Origin: Thermoanaerobaculia bacterium | Lineage (GTDB): Bacteria > Acidobacteriota > Thermoanaerobaculia > Multivoradales > Multivoraceae | Assembly: GCA_963664405.1 (NCBI GenBank) | Contig: OY761158.1 | Location: 3,168,001 to 3,232,000 of the forward strand | Length of the DNA: 64,000 nt | Reading direction: 5' to 3' | In this document: piece by piece, positions 29,653 to 39,928 of the stretch | Numbering within the stretch: position 1 is the first letter of the stretch | How the letters are laid out: each line of letters starts with the position of its first letter | Program-made: the position numbers and the translations under genes | The notes under the pieces: model-generated | What the model was told of the DNA's origin: nothing | Databases searched by the model: none | What the model saw: the letters and a program-made list of their open reading frames with translations, nothing else

Positions 29653-30290
29653 GGGGCGGCCAGTGTATCAAGTGGCAGCTGGCTATTTTGGGTGCTGCAG
29701 AGCTCTCTTAGGTCACTCCCAATTCTCTCGAAGAGCCCATAGACGAGAGGCAGCGGTAAGCCGATCACGTTGGAGCTCTGGCCGGAGATCGCCTCGACGA
29801 AGAGGCCGCCGATGCCTTGGAGAGCGTAGGCCCCAGCCTTGTCGGAGGGCTCGCCGGTAGCCACGTACCACTCGATCTCTTCTGCGCTGAGCTGCCGTAG
29901 CCGTACGCCGCTCGCGGCGATGTCGCTGACGCTCGTTCCCGCGTCCGTATCTCGCAAAGTTACTCCAGTGAGCACCGTGTGCTCGCGACCGGCGAGCCGA
30001 GCAAGCATCCGCCGAGCGTCGTCGTCGCTATCGGGCTTGCCGAGAACATCGCCTTCGAGAACGACGATGGTGTCCGCCGCCAGGACCAGACTCCTCGCCG
30101 CTTCGATTGCGGCTGCCTTCGCGGCGGAGAGCCGTCGCACATAAGCTTCGGCGGCCTCCCCTGTCAGCCTTGCTTCATCGACGTCCGGGACGCGGATGGT
30201 GAAGTCCACCCCGATCGACAGCAGAAGCTGCCGTCGTCGTGGAGAGCTGGACGCCAGAACCAGACTTTGGCCTGCGGAGGTCCGTCTCAT
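29649..30290 (-). CDS. maf: Maf family nucleoside triphosphate pyrophosphatase (YhdE-like)
   Basis: LVLASSSPRRRQLL, AADTIV, LGKP, DKAGAYALQG, NVIGLP. Confidence 0.93.
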   Translation of the reverse strand: MRRTSAGQSLVLASSSPRRRQLLLSIGVDFTIRVPDVDEARLTGEAAEAYVRRLSAAKAAAIEAARSLVLAADTIVVLEGDVLGKPDSDDDARRMLARLAGREHTVLTGVTLRDTDAGTSVSDIAASGVRLRQLSAEEIEWYVATGEPSDKAGAYALQGIGGLFVEAISGQSSNVIGLPLPLVYGLFERIGSDLRELCSTQNSQLPLDTLAAP

Positions 30291-32800
30291 GGGTAGTAGC
30301 CGCGCATGGTCTTGGCCTGGAGGCCAGGTGGGCGAACCTCGAGCTCGATCTTGCGGAACTTTTCGATCGCCTGACCTTGAGAGGATTGGTAGGCGATGAG
30401 GTACTGAGCGCGCAGCTCGTTCTCGATTTTTTGATAGACAGAGCCGAGCCCGCCGGCGCCGCTGATGAAGAAATGCCGGCCTCCGGTCTCCCGGGCAAGC
30501 CGGCTCAGCTTGCTGCGAGCGACGATCTCGCGTTGATCCATCTCCAGACCGATGCTGTAGACGGCCACACCGGTGTGGCGGGCGAACTCGAGAACATCGT
30601 CGAAACTGTACTTACTTCCGGTGTCTTCTCCATCCGACAGTAGGATCAGTGCCCGCTTGCCGCGTAGGCCGCTGAAGTAGTGGAGGGCGAAGATCAAGCT
30701 GTCATGCAAGGCGGTCTCACCCTCGGTCACCAGCCCGGCGAGCCCGCCCGCGAGGATCTCCAGATTGTTGGTAAAGGGCACGACCAGGTCGGGGACATCG
30801 TTGAAGGTCATCAGCGAGGCCCGATCTCTTGGGCGGAGCACCGACTCGAAGAATTTGAGCGCGGCCTTCTCCGCCTCCTCCAGCGCGTCGGTCATCGAGG
30901 TCGAGGTGTCGAGCAGGATGCCGGCATGGATAGGGCGCTCATTGACGGCCTCGAAGCGCCGGATGGTCTGCTCTTCGCCATCTTCCTTGACCACGAAGTC
31001 CTCCTTGGACAACTCCTCGACCGGGCGTCCCTTGGAGTCGAAGACCGAGGCGTAGAGCTCGACAAAATCGATCTGGACCTGGTCGACGGGGTAGGGCGAG
31101 TTGACGAGCACCAGATCTTCAGTGCTACTACCGTCAACCAGGTAGGCCACCGCGCGAACGTAGCCGAGCTCCTGGCTGCTTGGGATGAGGATGGGCTGGA
31201 TGAAGGGAGCCTGATAAAGGGAAGCGACCAGGTCTTCGTTGAGGTAGATCTCCAGGCGATCGAGCTCCTCGCCTTCCGGAATCTCGACCTCGGCATGGGC
31301 ACGCACACTCTGGGTGTAGCGCCGGCCCCTCTGGGGCTCGATGAGCCTCACGCCGAAGCGATGGGGGCCGGCGTTGATCAGTACCTGGTCGCGGGCCAGG
31401 GTTCGACCCTCGGCGTCGACCGCGCGTGCCTGGAGCGTGTGGACCCGCGGCGCCTGTCCGAGGTTTATCTCGATACTGTAGGGCGCTTTCGACTTCGACA
31501 TCACCTGCTTGCCGTTGAGGTCGAAGGCAACCTTGGAGATACCCTCTCCGCCGACTTCGGCGCTGACCCGAACGGTACCCGTGATCAAACGGTCGCTCGG
31601 TGCCCACAGTTTCAATACGTGGTCGCCATCGACGGCCTCTACCAGCGAGGCGTTGGCTTCGGTGAGAAGCTCGAGGAAGCCGTCCGGTTCCGGCGCCGGC
31701 GGCAACGATGCGGCGTCGATACGCGGGTTGGGCACCTCGATCTCGTCGTGCAGGCGGAAATATCGCTCGGAGTTGAGGTCTTGGAGGCGAACGATCCAGG
31801 TGTAGGTGGCGGGACGCAGATATCTCTCGAGCGCGAGCGCGATGGTTTGGTCCCCCTCCGCGCTTGGCGGCACATCGAACTTGTAGCGGAAGGTGTCGAA
31901 GAGCTCTCCCCGAAGAAGGATCTCGCCGTCGACGAGAAAATTGTAGGAGCGATGCTCCCCGGTCTGCGCGATCTGGGCTTGTTCGCCGGCCACCGAAAAG
32001 ATCAGCTGTGCGACGGTGCGGCTGCCGTGGATGCCGGGAAAGTTGGTGGAGAAAGAGGCCTCCATGAGCTCGGCCCCTTCCGGAATATCGGTCGAAGACG
32101 CGACGAAGCTTGCCACCCACTCCTTCGCTTTCCGTGGTCGCAGTGGGAGGCTGTCGAGGATCGCTTCCCAGTCGGCACTGGCGAGGACCGCGGTGACGAT
32201 GTCGTCGCCGCGGGAGCATGTCTGGGCGATTAGGGCGAGCAGCTCTTCGTCGGAGGTCGTGGTCAGGTGGGCCGTCTTCAGACCCAGAAGACCGTCTCGG
32301 TAGCTCCAGGCTCGCACCCGCTGGCCGCCGATACGAAGAAAGATCAGGTAAAACTCCGGGCGCACGCTCTTGATGGAGTCGAAATACCAGATCTCGAGCG
32401 GCCGGAGAGTCTCGCTGCAGGTGGTGCGGAAGGAGCGCTTCTCTTCACCGAAGAAGAGAATCATCTGGGCGCGAGGGTCGGAGAGATCGTCGAATCGAAG
32501 CTTCGCGAGCTCGCGGTTCTCTTCCCAATTGTCCCGAAATTCGTTGCGAGCGGTCTGCGGAAAGGGGTCGCGGACCTGCCAGAAGCGCTTGATGAAGCGA
32601 TCCCTCTGGTGTTCCTGGCCGAGCTCGAGGAAGGCCTCTCTTTCCTCGTCGGCGATAAGGAGGGCAACCGCTTCGAGGAATTCCTCGTGCCTCTCGGCAA
32701 GCCGCGTAGCGGAGTCACTCTGACCGAGCCCGACGCCTGCCGCAGCGAGACTCAGCGCGACGGCAGCGATCAGGGCGGCTGTTAGGAGCCTGGAAGGCAT
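30287..32800 (-). CDS. Secreted VWA domain protein with N-terminal GWxTD-like and Ig-like domains
   Basis: Signal peptide; EREAFL...RFWQVRDP..T.RNEF; MIDAS DTSTSM, TALHD, LSDGED; LRAQYLIAY. Confidence 0.85.
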   Translation of the reverse strand: MPSRLLTAALIAAVALSLAAAGVGLGQSDSATRLAERHEEFLEAVALLIADEEREAFLELGQEHQRDRFIKRFWQVRDPFPQTARNEFRDNWEENRELAKLRFDDLSDPRAQMILFFGEEKRSFRTTCSETLRPLEIWYFDSIKSVRPEFYLIFLRIGGQRVRAWSYRDGLLGLKTAHLTTTSDEELLALIAQTCSRGDDIVTAVLASADWEAILDSLPLRPRKAKEWVASFVASSTDIPEGAELMEASFSTNFPGIHGSRTVAQLIFSVAGEQAQIAQTGEHRSYNFLVDGEILLRGELFDTFRYKFDVPPSAEGDQTIALALERYLRPATYTWIVRLQDLNSERYFRLHDEIEVPNPRIDAASLPPAPEPDGFLELLTEANASLVEAVDGDHVLKLWAPSDRLITGTVRVSAEVGGEGISKVAFDLNGKQVMSKSKAPYSIEINLGQAPRVHTLQARAVDAEGRTLARDQVLINAGPHRFGVRLIEPQRGRRYTQSVRAHAEVEIPEGEELDRLEIYLNEDLVASLYQAPFIQPILIPSSQELGYVRAVAYLVDGSSTEDLVLVNSPYPVDQVQIDFVELYASVFDSKGRPVEELSKEDFVVKEDGEEQTIRRFEAVNERPIHAGILLDTSTSMTDALEEAEKAALKFFESVLRPRDRASLMTFNDVPDLVVPFTNNLEILAGGLAGLVTEGETALHDSLIFALHYFSGLRGKRALILLSDGEDTGSKYSFDDVLEFARHTGVAVYSIGLEMDQREIVARSKLSRLARETGGRHFFISGAGGLGSVYQKIENELRAQYLIAYQSSQGQAIEKFRKIELEVRPPGLQAKTMRGYYP

Positions 32801-32913
32801 GCCGACCCAGTCTACCCGCTGACGATCGGCGAGGGTCTAATCAGTACAATGGATCCGGGCGTGGCGCAGGGTCGCCCGCCACGGGCGAAGATCAGCACAA
32901 GGAGAGTTCCCCG

Positions 32914-34173
32914 GTGCAGCTGACCGACGACGAGAAACGAATGCACGAGGGTGCTCGCGGCGAGCCACGCCGTCTGGCCATCGAGCAGCAGATTGCGGTG
33001 GGTCGGTTCTTTGACGCCGTCGATTTCGTGCCGGTTACTCAGGCCCACCTGATGGCCGATGGAGAAGCTGTAGGCGAAGCGGGAGTGGCGGTCCTCGAGA
33101 AGATCGCGGCAGCGCCGCCGGCGGATCGCCAGGTGCTCATACCCACGGTCACGGATCCGCGCGGCGTCGACGTTGCGGCCTGCGCTCGACTCCGCCAACC
33201 GGATTTCGCCGAGGGGCGGGAGCGGCGCATCGTCGACGCTCTCGAGGCGATCGGCTGCCTGATGACGAATACCTGCATCAACTACCAGACCGTGGCGCCG
33301 CCGGTACTCGGCGAGCACTTGGCGTTCGGCGATACCGGCTCTTCGATCTACGCGAACTCGGTGTGCGGTGCGCGCACCAACTTCGAGGGGGGTGTAGCCG
33401 CGCTGTGGGCGGCGCTGACCGGTCGGGTGCCTCGCTACGGGATGCATCTGGCGGAGCATCGGCGGGGCACGGATCTGTTTCATATCGATCATGTCCCCGC
33501 CACGCCCGCGGACTGGGGGGCTCTCGGTGGGGTTATCGGACGCAGAATGGGCTCCTATTGGCAGGTCCCCGTGCTGGCCGGCATCGAGGCCACGCCCGGA
33601 CCGACGGCGCTCAAGTTCTTCGGCGCCGCGCTAGCCAGTTACGGCTCGACTCCGATGTTCCATATGGTCGGGGTGACTCCGGAGGCACCGAGCCTGGCGG
33701 CGGTGTTCGACGGCGATGAAGGCTCTGCCCACGAGATCAGCGCCGCGGATATCGACGCCTTCTACGAAGGCTTCGTTGCCGATGACGACCATGTCGACAT
33801 CGTCGTGCTCTCCGCACCACAGCTGAATCTCTACGAGCTGCAAGAGGTGGCCGCTGCCATCGACGGTAAAGAGCTCTGCGCGGGAACAAGCATGATGGTG
33901 ACGACACCGCCCGAGGTCGCGCGGGCGGCCGAGCGAATGGGGCTGACAGCGCGCATCGAAGCGAGCGGCGCGCAGGTCCTCGAAGGGGTTTGCTTCTACC
34001 AGATGTACGCGCGCGAGATGGGCGAGGCCAACGGCTGGCGCCAGATCGTCACCTCCTCGGCCAAGCTAGCCAACATTCTCGGCGGCTATGGCTATCAGCC
34101 ACGGCTGGCGAGCCTGGAGCAATGCGTGGACGCCGCGGTCACCGGAAGGTTGGCAGCGAGGCAGGCGTCATGA
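32914..34173 (+). CDS. Aconitase X catalytic (large) subunit
   Basis: QLTDDEKRM..G..G, NTCINY, YANSVCGARTNFEGG, ALTGRVPRYGMH, MFHMVGVTPEA, TSSAK. Confidence 0.88.
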   Translation: MQLTDDEKRMHEGARGEPRRLAIEQQIAVGRFFDAVDFVPVTQAHLMADGEAVGEAGVAVLEKIAAAPPADRQVLIPTVTDPRGVDVAACARLRQPDFAEGRERRIVDALEAIGCLMTNTCINYQTVAPPVLGEHLAFGDTGSSIYANSVCGARTNFEGGVAALWAALTGRVPRYGMHLAEHRRGTDLFHIDHVPATPADWGALGGVIGRRMGSYWQVPVLAGIEATPGPTALKFFGAALASYGSTPMFHMVGVTPEAPSLAAVFDGDEGSAHEISAADIDAFYEGFVADDDHVDIVVLSAPQLNLYELQEVAAAIDGKELCAGTSMMVTTPPEVARAAERMGLTARIEASGAQVLEGVCFYQMYAREMGEANGWRQIVTSSAKLANILGGYGYQPRLASLEQCVDAAVTGRLAARQAS

Positions 34174-34595
34174 GTGGCATGCGAATCATCAAAGCTCATC
34201 GCGGCATCGGTAGCATCGTTCGCGGGCAGGCGCTGGTTGCCGATGACGGCTTTTCCGCGCGCTACGACCTCGACCGCGTCCGCGGCGTCTTTTCACGACC
34301 GCAGCACGCGCTCTACGGTCAGAGCTACGTCGACCGTGTATTGGTGCTCGATATCGCTAAAGGCGGCGTGGCAACCGCCTGGATGTTGCGAGACATGCGC
34401 GCCGGCGGCAAAGCTCCCGCGGCTTTGCTACTCAACTACGCCAACCCGGTGATGGCGCAAGGGGCGGCCTTCGCGGAGCTGACGCTGATGGATCGTTTCG
34501 AGACCGACATCACCGGCGCGCTGGTGACCGGTGAAGAGGTCGAGGTCGATCCGATGAAGGGCGAGGTACGGATGCTTGCGGCTTCTTCGGACTGA
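34170..34595 (+). CDS. Aconitase X swivel (small) subunit, DUF126-like
   Basis: GQALVA.DGFS, GVFSRPQHALYGQS, KAPAALL; ATGA overlap with large subunit. Confidence 0.85.
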   Translation: MSGMRIIKAHRGIGSIVRGQALVADDGFSARYDLDRVRGVFSRPQHALYGQSYVDRVLVLDIAKGGVATAWMLRDMRAGGKAPAALLLNYANPVMAQGAAFAELTLMDRFETDITGALVTGEEVEVDPMKGEVRMLAASSD

Positions 34596-34759
34596 GGCCA
34601 TCGCGCACGGCGACAACGTTACGCTACTCCCTAATGGTCGTTCCTGAAAGCGAGTAGGTCTACCCGGCTTGCTCTCGCGATATGTGGCGAGAGGCGACAC
34701 GCAGGCCCAGGGCTTCGGGTCACTCCTGGCGGGTCGCTAGTAGTATGCCTGCCACCGTC

Positions 34760-35599
34760 ATGAGTAAAGAAATCAGCGGAAGCGTCGAGAAACACTGGCA
34801 TTCGGACGAAGCGGGAGCGCTGCTCGAGCGCATCGACGAGGCGCTGCGGCGATCGGGTCGCGATCCACAGGATCTCGCCGTTGATGATCTCCTCACGGTC
34901 GACGAGTTCCACATCCGCGGCCGTGAGGCCACAGACGAGTTGGCGAAGCTTGCTCGGCTCGACGAGGGCATGAAGATCATCGACGTCGGCTCGGGCCTGG
35001 GCGGCCCTTCGCGGTTCATCGCGAGTCGCTATGGCTGTCACGTCACCGGAGTGGATCTCACCGCCGAGTACTGCGCGACGGCGACCGTGCTGGCCGACCG
35101 GACCGGACTCGCATCGAAGGTCGAGTACCGCCGCGCCAACGCCCTCGACCTTCCCTTCGAAGACGAGAGCTTCGACCTAGCCTGGACGCAGCACATCTCG
35201 ATGAACATCCCGGACAAACGAGGCATGTTCGCGGAGATGGCTCGAGTCACCAAGTCGGGCGGACGGGTGGTGATCTACGACCCCATCCGCGGTGCCGACG
35301 AGCCGTTGACCTATCCGGTGCCCTGGTCGCGTGACGGAGAGATCAGCTTCCTCGTCGACGCTGAAGAGACGCGATCTCTCCTCGAGTCGGCAGGTCTTCG
35401 TGTCGAGACCTGGAATGACGTCAGTGAGAAGTCCCTCCAGTGGTTTCGTAAGAACGCGGCCAACACTTCGGCCGCGCCTCCCGTACTCGGCCTCCACCTG
35501 CTGCTCGGCCCGGAGTGGCCGACGATGGCTTCGAACATGGTCGAAAACATCGCGGCGGGACGGTTGGCGGTCGTGCAGGTGATCGCGCGCCGGGCCTAA
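34760..35599 (+). CDS. Class I SAM-dependent methyltransferase
   Basis: DEFHIRGREAT, IDVGSGLGGPSR, GVDLT, ALDLPFEDESFD. Confidence 0.9.
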   Translation: MSKEISGSVEKHWHSDEAGALLERIDEALRRSGRDPQDLAVDDLLTVDEFHIRGREATDELAKLARLDEGMKIIDVGSGLGGPSRFIASRYGCHVTGVDLTAEYCATATVLADRTGLASKVEYRRANALDLPFEDESFDLAWTQHISMNIPDKRGMFAEMARVTKSGGRVVIYDPIRGADEPLTYPVPWSRDGEISFLVDAEETRSLLESAGLRVETWNDVSEKSLQWFRKNAANTSAAPPVLGLHLLLGPEWPTMASNMVENIAAGRLAVVQVIARRA

Positions 35600-35681
35600 A
35601 GCCTGGACTATTCATGAGGTCCGTAGCGAGGTGCCGCAGCCGCGGCACCGCAGTAGGAGCTTCATGAATAATCCAGGCTAG
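35600..35681. repeat. 82-bp palindromic element between convergent genes
   Basis: AGCCTGGACTATTCATGAGG / CTTCATGAATAATCCAGGCT-AG arms; central GGTGCCGC-agcc-GCGGCACC hairpin. Confidence 0.75.
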
Positions 35682-36889
35682 AAGAGGTCACGGATCGTCC
35701 GGCGCGCCAGCTGGGTCATGTGAACCTCATCCGGACCGTCGGCGATTCGGCAGTATCGGCTCATCATGAAGATGTGTGCGATCGGCGTATCCTGGATCAC
35801 ACCCATGCCGCCATGCGCCTGCATCGCCCGGTCGGCCACGTTCTGACACATCTGCGGGGCGACGACCTTGACCATGGAGATGTAATCTCGAGCATCTTTA
35901 GGACCGAATTTGTCCATCTTGTCCGCCGCGGCGAGAACCAGAAGTCTGCACTGCTCGATCTCACAGCGCGATCTCGCGATGTCGTGCTGGATGCTGGTTT
36001 TCTGCGACAGTGGCTCACCGAAGGCGACGCGGTTCTCGACCCGCTTACACATCAGCTCGAGGCAGCGATGGGCCATGCCGACAAACATCATCGCGTATTG
36101 GAAGCGACCGGGCCCGAGGCGACCTTGTGCGATCTCGAAGCCGCGCCCTTCGCCGAGGAGGAGGTTCTCCGCCGGCACTCGGACGTTCTGATAGAGCACC
36201 TGGGCGTGACCGCCGGGAGAGCCGGTCAAGCCAAAGGCCCGCAATGGGCGCTCGAGGATCACACCCGGCGTGTCCTTCGGCACCAGGATCATCGAGAACT
36301 GCTCGTGTCGCGGTGCGGACGGATCCGTCTTTCCCATGACTACGAAGACTTCGCAGAGCGGATTGAAGGCGTTCGAAGTAAACCACTTCCGCCCGTTGAT
36401 CACGTACTCATCGCCGTCTCGAACGATCGTGGTCTCCAGGTTCGAGGCATCCGAGGAGGCGACCGCGGGCTCGGTCATCGAAAACGCCGAGCGGATCTCG
36501 CCGGCCAACAGGGGTTTGAGCCATCTCTCCTGCTGGGCCTCGTTGCCGAAGCGTGCCAGCACCTCCATATTGCCGCGGTCTGGGGCGCTACAGTTGAAAA
36601 CTTCCTGCGCCCAGGGTACTCGCGCCATCCTCTCCATGAGCGGCGCGAACTCCAGATTGCTCAATCCGGGGCTGAACTTCTCGTAATCCTTGGGCAGGAA
36701 CCAGTTCCAGATCCCAGCCTTTCTCGCTTTCTCTTTGAGTCCTTCGAACCACGGTGGGTATTGCCACTGGTTGTTGGCGTCTTCGACCCACTCCCAGTGC
36801 TCGAGCTCCAGCGGGAATATGTGCTCGTCCATGAATGCGTCTACCTGGGCGATCAACCCACGTACCTTTTCGCTCGGCTCGAAATCCAT
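35678..36889 (-). CDS. Acyl-CoA dehydrogenase (FadE2/ACAD11-like)
   Basis: FNCSAPDRGNMEVL, SAFSMTEPAVASSDA, GFEIAQGRLGPGR, RIADGPDEVH. Confidence 0.92.
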   Translation of the reverse strand: MDFEPSEKVRGLIAQVDAFMDEHIFPLELEHWEWVEDANNQWQYPPWFEGLKEKARKAGIWNWFLPKDYEKFSPGLSNLEFAPLMERMARVPWAQEVFNCSAPDRGNMEVLARFGNEAQQERWLKPLLAGEIRSAFSMTEPAVASSDASNLETTIVRDGDEYVINGRKWFTSNAFNPLCEVFVVMGKTDPSAPRHEQFSMILVPKDTPGVILERPLRAFGLTGSPGGHAQVLYQNVRVPAENLLLGEGRGFEIAQGRLGPGRFQYAMMFVGMAHRCLELMCKRVENRVAFGEPLSQKTSIQHDIARSRCEIEQCRLLVLAAADKMDKFGPKDARDYISMVKVVAPQMCQNVADRAMQAHGGMGVIQDTPIAHIFMMSRYCRIADGPDEVHMTQLARRTIRDLF

Positions 36890-36960
36890 GCTCTCCCCCT
36901 CGAAGGTAACGCGCAGCCCCCAGCGATATCCGGACGGGCGGCTTGGGCGGTCCCTTGAGT

Positions 36961-37638
36961 CTACCTCGCTCCGCCGGCGGCCTCATCAGGTTCGGCGATG
37001 GCGCGAAATGCCGGATGTGTCCTTAGAAGCCCGAGGGCTTGGGCGAGCAATGATCGCCCCGGCTCAATACGATGCCAGGTGGAGGCTCCCGATGGATGGG
37101 GGAGTGGGATTGCCTCGAGCTCGTGGTCGAAGATCTCGACCCGGTGCACTTTGCCGACGACGTCGACCAGCTTATTGACTTGCATCACCTGCGAGATCGC
37201 GAGCTTGCCCACCGGAAGGAGGAGACGGGGCTGAAGAAGGTCTACCTCGGTCTCCAACCACGACGAACAATTCTCGATCTCGACTCTGGATGGCACTCGA
37301 TCCCCTCCGGCCGTCGCCTTGCCCGGAAAACAGCGACAGACCGCGGCCATGTAGGCGCGCTGGCGAAAACGGTCCTCTTCGATCCCGATGCTCTCGAGCC
37401 AGCGGAAGAGCGTTTTTCCTGCGGTCCATCCGAAGGGCCGGCCGACCTTACCCTCGTGGGGGCCGGGTGCCTGGCCGAGGAGCAGCACTGGTGAATGGAC
37501 AGCCGGGCCGGCGATCACGGGACCGATCATCGAGGGGCATCGACGACAAGCCAACAGATTGTCGCGGTGGGCGCCGAGCTCGACGAGAGCTCGCTGTGTT
37601 GCGGCCTCCGAGGCTCGGGGTCCAGGCGTGCCGTCCAT
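36961..37638 (-). CDS. Uracil-DNA glycosylase family protein (Fe-S type)
   Basis: CRRC, GQAPG.HE...GRPF, CRCFP, PLPHPSG. Confidence 0.85.
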   Translation of the reverse strand: MDGTPGPRASEAATQRALVELGAHRDNLLACRRCPSMIGPVIAGPAVHSPVLLLGQAPGPHEGKVGRPFGWTAGKTLFRWLESIGIEEDRFRQRAYMAAVCRCFPGKATAGGDRVPSRVEIENCSSWLETEVDLLQPRLLLPVGKLAISQVMQVNKLVDVVGKVHRVEIFDHELEAIPLPHPSGASTWHRIEPGRSLLAQALGLLRTHPAFRAIAEPDEAAGGAR

Positions 37639-37642
37639 CGGG

Positions 37643-39772
37643 CTAATTCGCGAGGTCGAGGGGCAGCGCTGTCTTGACTTTGAGGCCTTTGCGTCTGACC
37701 TTCACTACAGGTGCTGCGCCTTCTTCAGGCGCCCGGTCTGTGTAGTAGGTCAGGATGTATTGCATGCGAAGCTCGTCACGGATCTGGGAGAAGGCGCGGA
37801 CGACCTGTTCGCCGGTTCCGGCCCGGAACAGGCGTCCCCCTGTGGGCTCGGTGATCACCGAAAGCGTGCTCGTCGCCAAGGCCTGATTCGAGAAGCCCCC
37901 CGTCGATCCCCCTCTGCCGGCGGCTGCAAATCCCCCGCCCTGGCCCTGCGCCATCGAGATGATGTAGACCGGAACACCGAGCCGTTGGCCGAAGTCGACA
38001 GCGCGACTCGGGTCGGCACGGCTCGCCGAGTCGAAGCCATCGGTGATTACGATCAGCGCCCTCCGTCCGGGCTCGCCATCGAATTGGAGCATCGAGAAAA
38101 GGATGGAGTCGTAGAGGGCGGTGTTGCCCTGGGGTCTGAGCTGACCGAGGGCGCTATAGAGCTCACGGGTGTTTCCGGTGAGAGGCTGGAGAAGGCGAAG
38201 CTGCGAATCGAAATCGACCAGAAATGCGCGATCTCTGGCACCGAGGGTGCCATCCAGAAAGGCCTCTGCCGCGCCCCGAGTCTGTTGCCATAGGTGAATC
38301 ATGCTCCCCGAGGAGTCGATCGCAAGGCCGAGCACCAGAGCCACGTCTCGAGACATGTAGAGGCGCTGTACTTCGCGCGTCTTGCCCCCCTCGACGATCT
38401 CGAAATCCTCTTGGGTCAGCCCGGCCACCGGCGCTCCCGAGCGGTCAGTAACGAGGACCTGAAGCTGGACGAGATGCACATCCACCTCGGCGGAGAAGTC
38501 GGCTCCTACGAGCAGCTCGACATCTTCGAGCTCGCGGCCGTCGCGCAGTTTGGCGGTTACGCGAACGTACTCGTCTCTGCTAACCCCTTCGGTTGGAATG
38601 TCGGCGACGAAAGGCGCGTCGTTCAAGCGAGTCACCAACGACTCGCCGCGATAAAAGGCAACCTCTTCGAGCACCGCCCGCCGGGGTACGGAGACCTCGG
38701 CGCTCGCGCGCACCGAGCCGCTGGCGGTGTCACCCTCTATGCTGACCAGATTCAATCGGAACGGTGGGTCGACCCGATTGATGGTGATCTGGTCGGAGCC
38801 CATGGAACGGCCCGTGACGCCGAGGGCGGAGACTCGGACCCTTTGTTCTCGCGGCGGACTGGCGAGCTCCACCTTGGCGTCGAAGGGCGGTAGCTTCTTG
38901 TGCGCCACTTTTTCGCCGTCGAGATAGAACTCGACCGTCGTTACCCCCGGATCGATCGTGAGAGTCTGCAGCAGGACCTTGCCTGAGAGCAGTTTGCCTG
39001 GAGAAGGTGGGATTGGCAGCAGCCGGATTACCGAGCTCTTTCTCGGCTCGGGCGTCTCGGTCTCGGCGGCAGGGGGCTCTGGCCGTGCCCGAACCTGTGG
39101 TGGATCCGCCGCTACAAGAGTGGCGACCTCCGCCGTCCGCGCTCTCTCTGGCGTCCCAGAGTTGGCTTGAAGCTCCGGGTCATCGATGCGCTCGTACACA
39201 GTGCGGAAGCGGAGGTCCGGAGTCCGATCGCCCTGGATGTCGGTTGTGAGCACCAGCTGAGTACCGCTCGGCGCCAACTCATAGGTCTCGACCAACTGGC
39301 CGCGGTCGGCCTGGGTCTCGACCACCAAAGTGCCGTTCCCGAGACGGATCACGGTGCGGCTGCCCAAACCGTCAGTGATGACGCTCCCGTCGAGGGGCAG
39401 GAGCCGATTTTCCCGGTTGGCGTTGCGAATCGAGATCAGCCGTTCCTGGTGGTCGATCCTCAGCACGCGTAGACCCCTGGCGAGCTGGTCATAGGGACCC
39501 TCCCGACGGCCAGGGTTGGCTGAACCGCGGCCGCTGCGCCCGCTAGAGGGGCGCTGACGGCTACCCCCCCCCGGCCAGCTTCCGCCCCAGCCGACGCCAT
39601 TGGTGCGGGTACTCGATATCTCTTCGAGCTTCTCTTCGAGATCGTCGCTCTCGCGCTCGTCCAGCAGCCATACGCCGGTGAAGCTGAGTTTTGCCTGCGA
39701 TTCCTGGCCGGAGGCCGTGCCTTGTATCAGGGCGAGAGACGAGATCAGGAGCGCAGAGCTGGTTTTTCTCAT
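37643..39772 (-). CDS. Secreted VWA domain protein with Ig-like domains
   Basis: Signal peptide, FTGVWLLD...SD, MIDAS DSSGSM, TALYD, ITDGFD, LRMQYILTY. Confidence 0.85.
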   Translation of the reverse strand: MRKTSSALLISSLALIQGTASGQESQAKLSFTGVWLLDERESDDLEEKLEEISSTRTNGVGWGGSWPGGGSRQRPSSGRSGRGSANPGRREGPYDQLARGLRVLRIDHQERLISIRNANRENRLLPLDGSVITDGLGSRTVIRLGNGTLVVETQADRGQLVETYELAPSGTQLVLTTDIQGDRTPDLRFRTVYERIDDPELQANSGTPERARTAEVATLVAADPPQVRARPEPPAAETETPEPRKSSVIRLLPIPPSPGKLLSGKVLLQTLTIDPGVTTVEFYLDGEKVAHKKLPPFDAKVELASPPREQRVRVSALGVTGRSMGSDQITINRVDPPFRLNLVSIEGDTASGSVRASAEVSVPRRAVLEEVAFYRGESLVTRLNDAPFVADIPTEGVSRDEYVRVTAKLRDGRELEDVELLVGADFSAEVDVHLVQLQVLVTDRSGAPVAGLTQEDFEIVEGGKTREVQRLYMSRDVALVLGLAIDSSGSMIHLWQQTRGAAEAFLDGTLGARDRAFLVDFDSQLRLLQPLTGNTRELYSALGQLRPQGNTALYDSILFSMLQFDGEPGRRALIVITDGFDSASRADPSRAVDFGQRLGVPVYIISMAQGQGGGFAAAGRGGSTGGFSNQALATSTLSVITEPTGGRLFRAGTGEQVVRAFSQIRDELRMQYILTYYTDRAPEEGAAPVVKVRRKGLKVKTALPLDLAN

Positions 39773-39928
39773 GCTGGGTAAGGTCTCAAGGCTGCAATCC
39801 TCATGCCTGGTGCCGTTCTAGGCCGCAGCGCTGGCGGTTGGCGTCACCCGAACGCCTGCTCTTTCGACCGCGCTCTAGCCCCCATCCTCCCACGGAGACG
39901 CTATGTCCTCGACACCAGACAAAGAGTC

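Noticed and set aside
30680-32233. 517-aa plus-strand ORF (similarly 25952-27157, 35720-36958, 790-1860)
   Set aside because: Antisense shadow ORFs of well-supported genes, typical of GC-rich codon bias, with no recognisable motifs
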